Shown here in pieces: positions 19,311 to 26,830 of a stretch of 64,000 nucleotides of DNA (position 1 is the stretch's first letter; every line of letters starts with the position of its first letter). Under the pieces are notes generated by a model. It saw nothing but the letters and a program-made list of their open reading frames with translations, had not been told where the DNA came from and made no database searches. Origin of the DNA: Desulfatiglandales bacterium (lineage in GTDB: Bacteria; Desulfobacterota; DSM-4660; Desulfatiglandales; HGW-15). The position numbers were made by a program, and so were the translations under genes. Location of the stretch: assembly GCA_963667015.2 (NCBI GenBank), contig CAXXJJ010000001.1:1920001-1984000 (forward strand), read 5' to 3'.

Positions 19311-19670
19311 CCCATTTTGCTTCAGGTAATCAGCAATCTCATTATTATTGGAAAGCATTGCATATTCACTTGGTAGTTGTCCTTCTTCATTTGGTACAGG
19401 CTTTGCTCCAAGCTTAACCAATAGTTCTATTGCTTTTCTGTGCCCTTGTGCAACTGCTTCCATTAAAGGAGTAAAGCCATGTTCACCCCTTGCATTTATA
19501 TTGGCTCCAGCATCCACTAGCATTTGAATTCCTTCACAGTCACCCCAGACTGCGACAACATGAAGAGGTCTTGTGGAAAACAATCCAATTGTATTTGGAT
19601 CTAATATTTTTATATCACTAAAATCTGCAACTGATTCAATTTCTCTATATAGTTCTTCTAATGTCTTCAT
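19305..19670 (-). CDS. Ankyrin-repeat protein (cassette)
   Basis: RPLHVVAVWG, GANINARGEHGFTPLMEAV. Confidence 0.9.
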   Translation of the reverse strand: MKTLEELYREIESVADFSDIKILDPNTIGLFSTRPLHVVAVWGDCEGIQMLVDAGANINARGEHGFTPLMEAVAQGHRKAIELLVKLGAKPVPNEEGQLPSEYAMLSNNNEIADYLKQNGL

Positions 19671-19672
19671 AG

Positions 19673-19804
19673 TTATAACGTGAACATTACAGGCCGTGCG
19701 GTGCAAATCTACTTACCCTGTTAAAAGCTTGAAAGGTTTATAACTGCTAGGTGATAAAAATTGGCAAAAAAATAGCACGGTCCTAGTAGATGTTATGGTT
19801 GGCT
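19673..19804 (-). repeat. attC (family III)
   Basis: ttataac...gttggct. Confidence 0.9.
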
Positions 19805-19871
19805 GCCGCCAACCTGTTTAGTTTATTTTTGACTGCATACTTCAATTACTGATTTTAAAGATTTGATGCTT

Positions 19872-20135
19872 TTATTTAATACAGGTTATTTTAATATTCC
19901 GCAAATCAGTTCCACAAAATGGACAGAAAATAATCGGGACTTCATAGTGTGACAATAATTCACCAACCTCATCAGCCTCGAATTCCTCTACGTCCTCTTC
20001 TGTTGCTTCTTCGTATATATATAACCACCACCGCTTTTTATCTCCGGTGTCATATGGATCAAAATAAATAACAGAGACACCATCAGTGGGCATATGGTCA
20101 CAATAGTGATTTTGGTATTCTTTGTTTTCTTCCAT
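19872..20135 (-). CDS. Small acidic Zn-binding protein in an A-type cassette scaffold
   Basis: HYC...IIFCPFCG. Confidence 0.7.
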   Translation of the reverse strand: MEENKEYQNHYCDHMPTDGVSVIYFDPYDTGDKKRWWLYIYEEATEEDVEEFEADEVGELLSHYEVPIIFCPFCGTDLRNIKITCIK

Positions 20136-20145
20136 TATTTTTTAC

Positions 20146-20204
20146 AGCCAACGCCCAAAATCAGGGGTGCGGTTTTTTGCATCCCCTGAATTTTGATGTT
20201 ATGT
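20146..20204 (-). repeat. attC
   Basis: agccaac...gttatgt short hairpin. Confidence 0.9.
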
Positions 20205-20215
20205 GAAAGGTTCGG

Positions 20216-20659
20216 CTATGGAACTTTATCAGGTATTTGTGCATGGGGAAGATCCAAAGTCTTATTTTTGGTTTGGGATACAGTTGAGTGTATTCCTGTA
20301 TTGTCTTTATTTTCCGATTTGCTTCCTTGCTGTAGTATATATCCTAGATATACCGCTGAAAGAGATGCTATTAGAATTATAAAAGAGTTTATTATGAGCA
20401 CAAAAATTGTCAGCCGTTTTTGTTTTTTAAATATATTTTCATTAAATTCATTTTGTATTCGGATATTCTCTTTGTTGAGATCATGCTGTTGTTTTATAAG
20501 TTCTTTTTCAAATTGTTCACGTTCTTCTATTTGCATATCCTCAAAGACAAGTTGGGCTATTTCGGCTTCTGATATATTATTTAACATTTTAGCTATTTCA
20601 AAGCGTATCCGTAATTTTGATTTTGCTTTATATATTTCATAGTGTTCTTCGGGAGTCAT
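20216..20659 (-). CDS. Hypothetical coiled-coil + TM protein (cassette)
   Basis: 147-aa ORF, one TM. Confidence 0.6.
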   Translation of the reverse strand: MTPEEHYEIYKAKSKLRIRFEIAKMLNNISEAEIAQLVFEDMQIEEREQFEKELIKQQHDLNKENIRIQNEFNENIFKKQKRLTIFVLIINSFIILIASLSAVYLGYILQQGSKSENKDNTGIHSTVSQTKNKTLDLPHAQIPDKVP

Positions 20660-20695
20660 TTTTGCTCTCTATTTTTAGTAAAGGAGGTTAATATT

Positions 20696-20860
20696 ATGAA
20701 TATCACAATAATAGAACAAGGTTCTTCTGATGACGCAAAAAGGATATTAGACAAAATTCTTGATACTTTAAGCGCCGATAAAAATAGTGGCCCTAACTGG
20801 TATGGAGATATTACTATCTCTATTTGTTGTACTGGTCGTACTTCTCAGAAAGAAGTTTAA
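20696..20860 (+). CDS. Small hypothetical protein, antisense to array
   Basis: AAGGAGGT SD at 20681 before ATG 20696; 54 aa. Confidence 0.45.
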   Translation: MNITIIEQGSSDDAKRILDKILDTLSADKNSGPNWYGDITISICCTGRTSQKEV

Positions 20861-20981
20861 ACCATTGATCAAAATGACTTTTGGCGTTCGACTGACCATC
20901 TTCTCTATCAAGTTTATACGTAGAGTGACTAGGGGCAAGTATCATGGCAGTTGCAAGAAAAATTAATTCGTTTTTTGACAT
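20820..20981 (-). CDS. Small hypothetical protein (53 aa)
   Basis: AAAGGTGA SD, first ORF in cassette. Confidence 0.5.
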   Translation of the reverse strand: MSKNELIFLATAMILAPSHSTYKLDREDGQSNAKSHFDQWFKLLSEKYDQYNK

Positions 20982-21012
20982 AGTTTTCACCTTTCGTTTA
21001 GAGGTTGGAAAC

Positions 21013-21142
21013 ATATAACGTTTGCGATAAGGCGTTGGCGGGTTAATAGTGCCGATGGTCGATAAAGTATGAAGACCATTGATATTACTGGATATCAATC
21101 GGCAAGAAAAACCAGCCAATCACCTTGATTGCAGGGTTAGCC
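21013..21142 (-). repeat. attC (family II)
   Basis: atataac...gttagcc. Confidence 0.9.
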
Positions 21143-21256
21143 AAGTTTTGTTAACGTGATTTAGAAAAGCACCTTTATGGTGTTCCTCAATCAATTTTAT
21201 TTCGACCCACTTATTATAGCTTAAATAACATTTGATTTTCCTTCGCCGAAGAAAGG

Positions 21257-21532
21257 TTATTTATATTTGTTATAGCATTCAAGGTCTAAACCTGAGGTAC
21301 ATTTATTTACTGCTACATCAACATCAGCCTCAGATTGTGTAGTAGTTACTGTTAATGAAAATTCAATATCATCAATTTCAACCTTTGCGTTGCAGTCATC
21401 AAGGAAAGTGGGTAATTCTTTGCAGATCTGTTGAATTTTTTCTAATTGATCAAGTTTTGTTTTTTTTAATATAAGGCTTCGGTCAGGAATCGAATTGATT
21501 TTATATTTAAATACACTCATACAGACCTCCAA
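21257..21532 (-). CDS. Hypothetical protein (start probably MSVFK)
   Basis: GGAGG RBS; second ORF of two-gene cassette. Confidence 0.55.
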   Translation of the reverse strand: MEVCMSVFKYKINSIPDRSLILKKTKLDQLEKIQQICKELPTFLDDCNAKVEIDDIEFSLTVTTTQSEADVDVAVNKCTSGLDLECYNKYK

Positions 21533-21585
21533 TCTTATTGTAACAACAAATTATTATGCGAATCGGGGTGGTACCCTCTGTACCA

Positions 21586-21924
21586 TTAAATATTTTTATA
21601 ATCTTCCCATGCTTCCTTCATCATGAAATACTTTATTGGCTTACCTTCTTTATAATGTTCTCCGATATATAATTCGCCTGTAGATTTATCTGCGAATTTA
21701 TCAATAGATTCTTTTTGGACTTCTGTGCCTATTGTCCATTCCTCAATCCTAACCCCATTTAACCCCGCTATGTTCACCCTGATGGTTTTCATTTTTGTTA
21801 TTTTCCCATCTCTCTCCCACTGTTCCAAATCGCTTTTCAAAACTTGTTTCGTCCTGCTAACCCCATTCTCATCAGTAACTGTAATTTCTATTTTCTTACC
21901 AAAAAGATCCTTGAATAATCCCAT
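21586..21924 (-). CDS. Hypothetical protein (cassette)
   Basis: AAGGAGG RBS, MGLFKDLFGKK. Confidence 0.7.
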   Translation of the reverse strand: MGLFKDLFGKKIEITVTDENGVSRTKQVLKSDLEQWERDGKITKMKTIRVNIAGLNGVRIEEWTIGTEVQKESIDKFADKSTGELYIGEHYKEGKPIKYFMMKEAWEDYKNI

Positions 21925-21945
21925 GGTAGTTCCTCCTTTTCCAAT

Positions 21946-22023
21946 GGCTAACGGCATAATTAACCGGATGGCTGAAAGCGCGAAAGCGCTTTTAGACATT
22001 CCGAGTTGAATTATTTGTTAGAG
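21946..22023 (-). repeat. attC
   Basis: ggctaac...gttagag. Confidence 0.9.
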
Positions 22024-22565
22024 TTTTTGACGTTCAAATCAATAAAGTAACGTGCTTTCATTGTACCAGTGGTAACTGACAGTGATTCTTCTTTCACAAT
22101 ACCACCAATATACTCTATAACCTTCCTAGAAGCAATGTTGTGGGTGTCTGTTGTCAGAAGCACCCTGTCAAGACCCAGCTCTTTGGCTTTACTCAGGGTT
22201 AAAGCGAGTAATTGAGTTCCGTGACCTTGTCTTCGGTACTTAGGACGCACCACGTAGCTTATATGTCCTCCGAAGTCTTCAAGCGAAGGTGTTAGAAAGT
22301 GTCGTAGTGAACTAAAGCCGATAACTGTCGATTCGTTTGACAGGTACCAATATTGCGAAGTGGGAACCCACCCACTCGGTAGACCAATTCCCTGAGACCA
22401 ATTATTCAGTAGGTGAAGGTATGCAAGAATATCTTGGCGTAGCAAACCTGGCTCCAGAAGATGTTCTTGTTCCTTACCGATTTCATCGGCGAATGCTATG
22501 ATTTCATTTTGTATGTTGATCAGAGATTCGGTCGTTTCTACTAATTTGAAATTATGAGTGCTCAT
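22011..22565 (-). CDS. GNAT acetyltransferase (cassette)
   Basis: GGHISYVVRPKYRRQGHG, NIASRKVIE. Confidence 0.9.
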   Translation of the reverse strand: MSTHNFKLVETTESLINIQNEIIAFADEIGKEQEHLLEPGLLRQDILAYLHLLNNWSQGIGLPSGWVPTSQYWYLSNESTVIGFSSLRHFLTPSLEDFGGHISYVVRPKYRRQGHGTQLLALTLSKAKELGLDRVLLTTDTHNIASRKVIEYIGGIVKEESLSVTTGTMKARYFIDLNVKNSNK

Positions 22566-22623
22566 GACTTCATTGTCTCACTATACAAACCATATCTAAA
22601 CTATCCGCTGAAAATTCAATTTA

Positions 22624-23355
22624 CTAAATTCGCTTTTCCAGCCGAGCTAAATAATTGCCATTTTCTTCTTGAAGTAGAATATTACATTCCCAGCCTGTTT
22701 CATACGCTATATTTTTTAATGATTCATAGCCGACATTCAACCAGTTAAATGATGGCCCTTTATTACCTTTGTATTTAAAGTTCATCCGAACTTCTCCTAA
22801 ATACCGATTATTTTCAACATTGAGTTGTTGGTAAGCTAAATGACTATGGTCATTTGTGTATTTGGGGTCCAAAGAATTTAGTATTACTCTCCCATCGGAT
22901 GTTACAAGTTTATGTAAATGTGATAGAAAGTCTCGCAATCCTGAGAGATTGCCGACATTACCAATTGTGCGACCTAAAACCAGCACCGTGTCAAAAGGTC
23001 TTTCATTAAAATTGGATATATCAATACACCGGACATCTTTTATACCATTTCTCTTCATTATCTCACAGGCTGCTTCCAGAACATCAATGGCACAAACTGT
23101 AAAACCTAATTTTTGAAGATGAAGGGAATGTAGGCCCGTTCCGGCACCAATATCAAGAATTCTACCATTGCTCTCGGATACAGAAATGTTATCCGATGGC
23201 ATGTCAGTTACGCCTCTAAAAAAGAGACCGACAGGAATACTATCTACGTGTCCATCATCACGACAATAATCTAGCATTGCCTCGGTATCTCCATTGTAAT
23301 AATCCATTAATGCTTGTCCGAATAGTTCTATTTGCTGTGAATTGTTCATATTCAA
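22624..23355 (-). CDS. Class I SAM-dependent methyltransferase (cassette)
   Basis: ILDIGAGTGLHSLHLQ. Confidence 0.9.
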   Translation of the reverse strand: MNMNNSQQIELFGQALMDYYNGDTEAMLDYCRDDGHVDSIPVGLFFRGVTDMPSDNISVSESNGRILDIGAGTGLHSLHLQKLGFTVCAIDVLEAACEIMKRNGIKDVRCIDISNFNERPFDTVLVLGRTIGNVGNLSGLRDFLSHLHKLVTSDGRVILNSLDPKYTNDHSHLAYQQLNVENNRYLGEVRMNFKYKGNKGPSFNWLNVGYESLKNIAYETGWECNILLQEENGNYLARLEKRI

Positions 23356-23356
23356 A

Positions 23357-23444
23357 CTCTAACGGCCAGCTCACAAGCCACGCCGAGATGCTCAGCAAAA
23401 ATTGAAAGAAGCCCCTCGTGGTCTTGTGAAGCGACAGGTTAAAA
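23357..23444 (-). repeat. attC (family VI)
   Basis: ctctaac...gttaaaa. Confidence 0.9.
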
Positions 23445-23684
23445 GCCGATTTCGCCTGCTATTTACCGACTTTGTATTTTTGATAACCAGTTATTATTAC
23501 CACAATATTTTGATTCTTATTTTCTATTTACAACTTTTGGCAAGATTGCCAATTTTTGTAAATAGACATCAATTCAGCCCGGAATTTTATTTTAATACTG
23601 CCATTTGGGGATTCAGGAAATATTTCCTATTTCCCCAAATACCGTAAATGATGCTTTCTTCATTATAGCCTTTCAGCTTTTAAC
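23438..23684 (-). other. Gene-less cassette B3 (first position of array)
   Basis: Near-identical to B2. Confidence 0.85.
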
Positions 23685-23710
23685 ATGTTATTAACCGGTT
23701 TAGGGCCTGT
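23678..23710 (-). other. Putative attI site
   Basis: Last G|TTAAAA core (ccggttaataacatGTTAAAA) with no attC palindrome upstream. Confidence 0.55.
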
Positions 23711-23861
23711 TTGAAATGTTTCTACATATAGACATATGTTTCTATATGTAGAAAGTTGATTCTTAATGTTTCTATATCTAGAAACTTTTATGTTTCTATA
23801 TATAGAAACTTATAATTTTTTAGGGTTGAATTTTGTGTTTCTATATGTAGAAACATTTCAA
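23711..23861. repeat. Five 18-bp palindromes GTTTCTA-N4-TAGAAAC
   Basis: Copies at 23718, 23738, 23768, 23792, 23837; outer copies form a perfect 22-bp inverted repeat. Confidence 0.9.
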
Positions 23862-24007
23862 GATTACTCATCATTAACAATTCGATCTAATAAATCAAGC
23901 TCTTTTACTTTTACATAAGAAAGTTGCCACACTTTTTATAAAGCAGGCTGAAGTATTTTAGGCTGAAGGCTATTAGCTTTATTTCGCATTTTCTAACGGT
24001 CTTCAGT

Positions 24008-24364
24008 CTATGCTTTCCTCATCGCTCGCAGCAATGCGGATAAAACCTTTTCTGTTTCAATGATCTTTCCCACTGATTTACCATCCTGGCAATTTTTTAG
24101 GTAGCCAAGTTTCCCCGATAGCTCAAACTGATAGTGAAGCTCTCTTAGAGAACCAAATGCTATTTCAAGGAAACGCAAATATTCACTTTGACTTTCTCTC
24201 GCACATCCCTCAACAATATTTGATGGTACCGAAACAGCAGCCCTTCTCATTTGGGATGTCAACCCGAATAGTTCCTCTTTAGGAAATCGCCTTGTTATCT
24301 TGTAGGTTTCTATCGCCACTTCATCTGCCAATTGAAAAGCTTTCAATTTTTTGTGATCACGCAT
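24008..24364 (-). CDS. Four-helix-bundle protein (23S rRNA IVS/Avd-like)
   Basis: FPKEELFGLTSQMRRAAVSVPSNIVEG; flanked by aggctgaag repeats. Confidence 0.93.
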   Translation of the reverse strand: MRDHKKLKAFQLADEVAIETYKITRRFPKEELFGLTSQMRRAAVSVPSNIVEGCARESQSEYLRFLEIAFGSLRELHYQFELSGKLGYLKNCQDGKSVGKIIETEKVLSALLRAMRKA

Positions 24365-24436
24365 TTATTTTCTCCTTTTTTAAAATAGGCTGAAGCCTTT
24401 TAGGCTAAAGGCTTTTAGAGAAAAGCAAAGAAAAAA

Positions 24437-24460
24437 CAGAGGTCAGAGGTCGGAGGTCGG
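24437..24460. repeat. 7-bp tandem repeat (cagaggt/cggaggt)
   Basis: cagaggtcagaggtcggaggtcgg. Confidence 0.8.
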
Positions 24461-24552
24461 TGCATCAGGAAACTTAAAATTTACGCAGAGTGTCAAAAGA
24501 CGGCGTTCCAGCGGTGGACCATTGGAATGAGGAAATACCAGGTTAAAGATGC

Positions 24553-24577
24553 TGGCGAAAGATTTTTCGCCACTACG
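24553..24577 (-). repeat. GTAG-type REP-like hairpin
   Basis: gtagtggcgaaaaatctttcgcc; similar at 37074 and 40346. Confidence 0.6.
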
Positions 24578-24591
24578 AAAGGCAAAAAACA

Positions 24592-24652
24592 CTGGATTCC
24601 GCGGTTCAGTCTCCGCCAAAGCTTCGCAGTGACAGGCAAGCCGGGGAATGAC
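24592..24652. repeat. REP-like palindrome
   Basis: ctggattcc...ggaatgac. Confidence 0.5.
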
Positions 24653-24892
24653 GTGGTGGGTTGGATTCTACTGTTCGGTCTTCGAACAATCTACAAAGCT
24701 GTCTGGAAATTATAGATTCAAAACATTACATAGGAGGTTTTTAAACGCAATGATGCTGCTTGTTATTTCACTAAATTGGGGAGAAAAAGCGCAAAGTCCG
24801 GAAACAAAATAAGGATTATCAAACCAAGAATCATTGCCCCCAGAAAAGGGAATATCCCCTTAAAAATAGTAAATGCAAATCGGGGTCGAACC

Positions 24893-24960
24893 AGATTCTG
24901 ATTCTGCACTCTCGATTACCCCGATTCTCGATTCTGATTCTATTCTCCGATTCAGATTCA
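24893..24960. repeat. Degenerate gattct tandem repeats
   Basis: gattctgattctg...gattctcgattctgattct. Confidence 0.65.
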
Positions 24961-24991
24961 ACACTTTTACGCACTTTTCGAATAAATAATT

Positions 24992-26362
24992 CTAGGGTTC
25001 ATATTTCCACAGGTCGTTATAATTATTGAAATTATTTTCTCTTCCGCCAAAGAGCAATAAATTACCTTCTCTGTCTGTCCAGCTGATACTGTAAAATCTT
25101 GGGCTTGGTTCGTTTTCTTTATCAGTGCTCTTGGTTGATTTTTTACCGGAAATCCAGGCCCAGTTTGTCCCGTCAAATTTCCACAAATCATTTAGTAAAC
25201 TTGATCTTGTGTTGTTGAGACCCATACCGCCAAAGAGCCACAGGTTATCTTCTCTGTCTATCCAGCCGATGCTGCCATAGCGCGAACCCGGTTTATTGTT
25301 ACTGTCGGGCACTCCCTTGAAGCCGTAAATGCCCATTCGCTTATCAGATTTATCTCCGGAAACCCATGTCCAGTTAGTTCCGTCAAATTTCCACAGGTCA
25401 TTAAGTTCTCCGTATGCCCTGATTTCGGTGGCACCAGTTCCGCCAAAAAGCCATAAATTGCCTTTGCTGTCCATCCAGCTTACACCTCCATACCTGGATC
25501 CCGGTACATTATTGCTGTCGGCTACCCCTTTTGTGCCGTATATCCCCGGCTCATCCTGTCTGCTGTCCCCGGATATCCATATCCAGTTATCTCCATCAAA
25601 TTTCCACAGGTCATTGAGGTTCCCTGGCAGTCCTGCAGAATAACCTTTCCCACCAAAAAGCCATAAATTACCATTGCTGTCTGTCCAGCTCATACTGTCA
25701 TACCTGGCACCCGGCGTATTTGTGGCAGAGGCAATACCTTTTGTACCGTAAACACCGCGTCTATCTGTTTTATCGTCCCCGGAAACCCAGGTCCAGTTTG
25801 TTCCGTCAAATTTCCAGAGATCATTTAAAGCTCCATGGTATTTTCCTGCAGCATAACCGTACCCGCTAAAGAGCCATAAATTGCCTTTCTTATCATACCA
25901 GCTTATGCTGCCAAAACGGGCACCGGGTTTGTTCGCACTGTCCGGGATTCCCTTTGTGCCATAAACTCCGCTTTGATTTCTATCATTATCGCCTGAGATC
26001 CATGTCCAGTTGCTTCCGTCAAATTTCCAGAGATCATTCAGGTAATTCGAAGAACCTGATCCCGTGCCTCCGCCAAAGAGCCACAGGTTGCCCATGTCGT
26101 CCTTCCAGCTAATGCTACCATACCTGGCGCCCGGTTTGTTTGTGCTGGCGGCAGTACCCCTTGTGCCGTAGACTCCGGGTTGATCCGGCCTGGTATCCCC
26201 GGATATCATGGTCCACTTACCGGTTTGAACTGATTCCATGTTCAGGTTTGCTACTGCTCCGCGTCTTCCGGATGTTCCTTGGCATGCATTTAGAGTGATT
26301 AGAAGAAAAACTGATATCATTAGCCAGTAAAAATATGAATTAAATGACCTTTTATTTTCCAT
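24992..26362 (-). CDS. Kelch/galactose-oxidase-like beta-propeller lipoprotein
   Basis: Lipobox LNAC; six ~56-aa repeats GNLWLFGG...LNDLWKFDG. Confidence 0.88.
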   Translation of the reverse strand: MENKRSFNSYFYWLMISVFLLITLNACQGTSGRRGAVANLNMESVQTGKWTMISGDTRPDQPGVYGTRGTAASTNKPGARYGSISWKDDMGNLWLFGGGTGSGSSNYLNDLWKFDGSNWTWISGDNDRNQSGVYGTKGIPDSANKPGARFGSISWYDKKGNLWLFSGYGYAAGKYHGALNDLWKFDGTNWTWVSGDDKTDRRGVYGTKGIASATNTPGARYDSMSWTDSNGNLWLFGGKGYSAGLPGNLNDLWKFDGDNWIWISGDSRQDEPGIYGTKGVADSNNVPGSRYGGVSWMDSKGNLWLFGGTGATEIRAYGELNDLWKFDGTNWTWVSGDKSDKRMGIYGFKGVPDSNNKPGSRYGSIGWIDREDNLWLFGGMGLNNTRSSLLNDLWKFDGTNWAWISGKKSTKSTDKENEPSPRFYSISWTDREGNLLLFGGRENNFNNYNDLWKYEP

Positions 26363-26830
26363 GACTTCCCCCTTATGGTTTTGTAAAAAAAGAAAGGTAA
26401 TGCTTTGTCCCTTTGTCTGCATTTTATTAAAAATGGAAATTAGACTTTAGTGTTTCAAAAAAAACTGTATTTGCATAGATCAAAAAAAGTACAGAAATAT
26501 GACAGTTAAAAACTGTAATCAGTAATTGGCTGGACCTGCCGTTTATCCTGCAAATCTTTTGTGTTTTATATGATGCTGATCATATATGGATAAGGGAACG
26601 TCGCGCTGAACGTGCAAACTATGTAAAATCACATTCTGCACGAAGTTCCTCAAATACGTGATGCCAGAATATTAAAACTTAGGAACCTAATCTCCCATTT
26701 TTATTCATTATATCCGTGTCTAAAGGCGGGATGCCTATACCTGAACTCAGGCATACATGTAATTGTTAAAGGTCTGATCCCGTTTTATAATTTTATAGCC
26801 GGGTTCAATATAACAGATAAAACAATCATA

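Larger units (their letters stand above)
1..23684 (-). mobile_element. Integron gene-cassette array (28 attC sites, ~29 cassettes), no intI in window
   Basis: Co-oriented short ORFs separated by imperfect palindromes bounded by RYYYAAC...GTTRRRY; each cassette's R'' complements its own R' (e.g. gttcgct 3184/agcgaac 4448; gttaggg 5754/ccctaac 6391). Confidence 0.97.

Noticed and set aside
2748..23444. CRISPR array (recurring repeats with unique spacers)
   Set aside because: Repeats are 60-135-bp attC palindromes separated by whole genes; no cas genes
23678..23705. dif/Xer site
   Set aside because: Only partial XerD-arm similarity (ACATGTTAAAA), no XerC arm; attI is simpler
23711..23861. Mini-CRISPR from 18-bp palindromes
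   Set aside because: Repeats too short; spacers 2-27 bp and irregular
17002..24364. DGR (RT plus Avd-like gene)
   Set aside because: RT lies within a complete group II ribozyme; no TR/VR pair with adenine-specific mismatches seen
24992..26230. DNA repeat array or DGR target in the Kelch gene
   Set aside because: In-frame coding repeats of a beta-propeller
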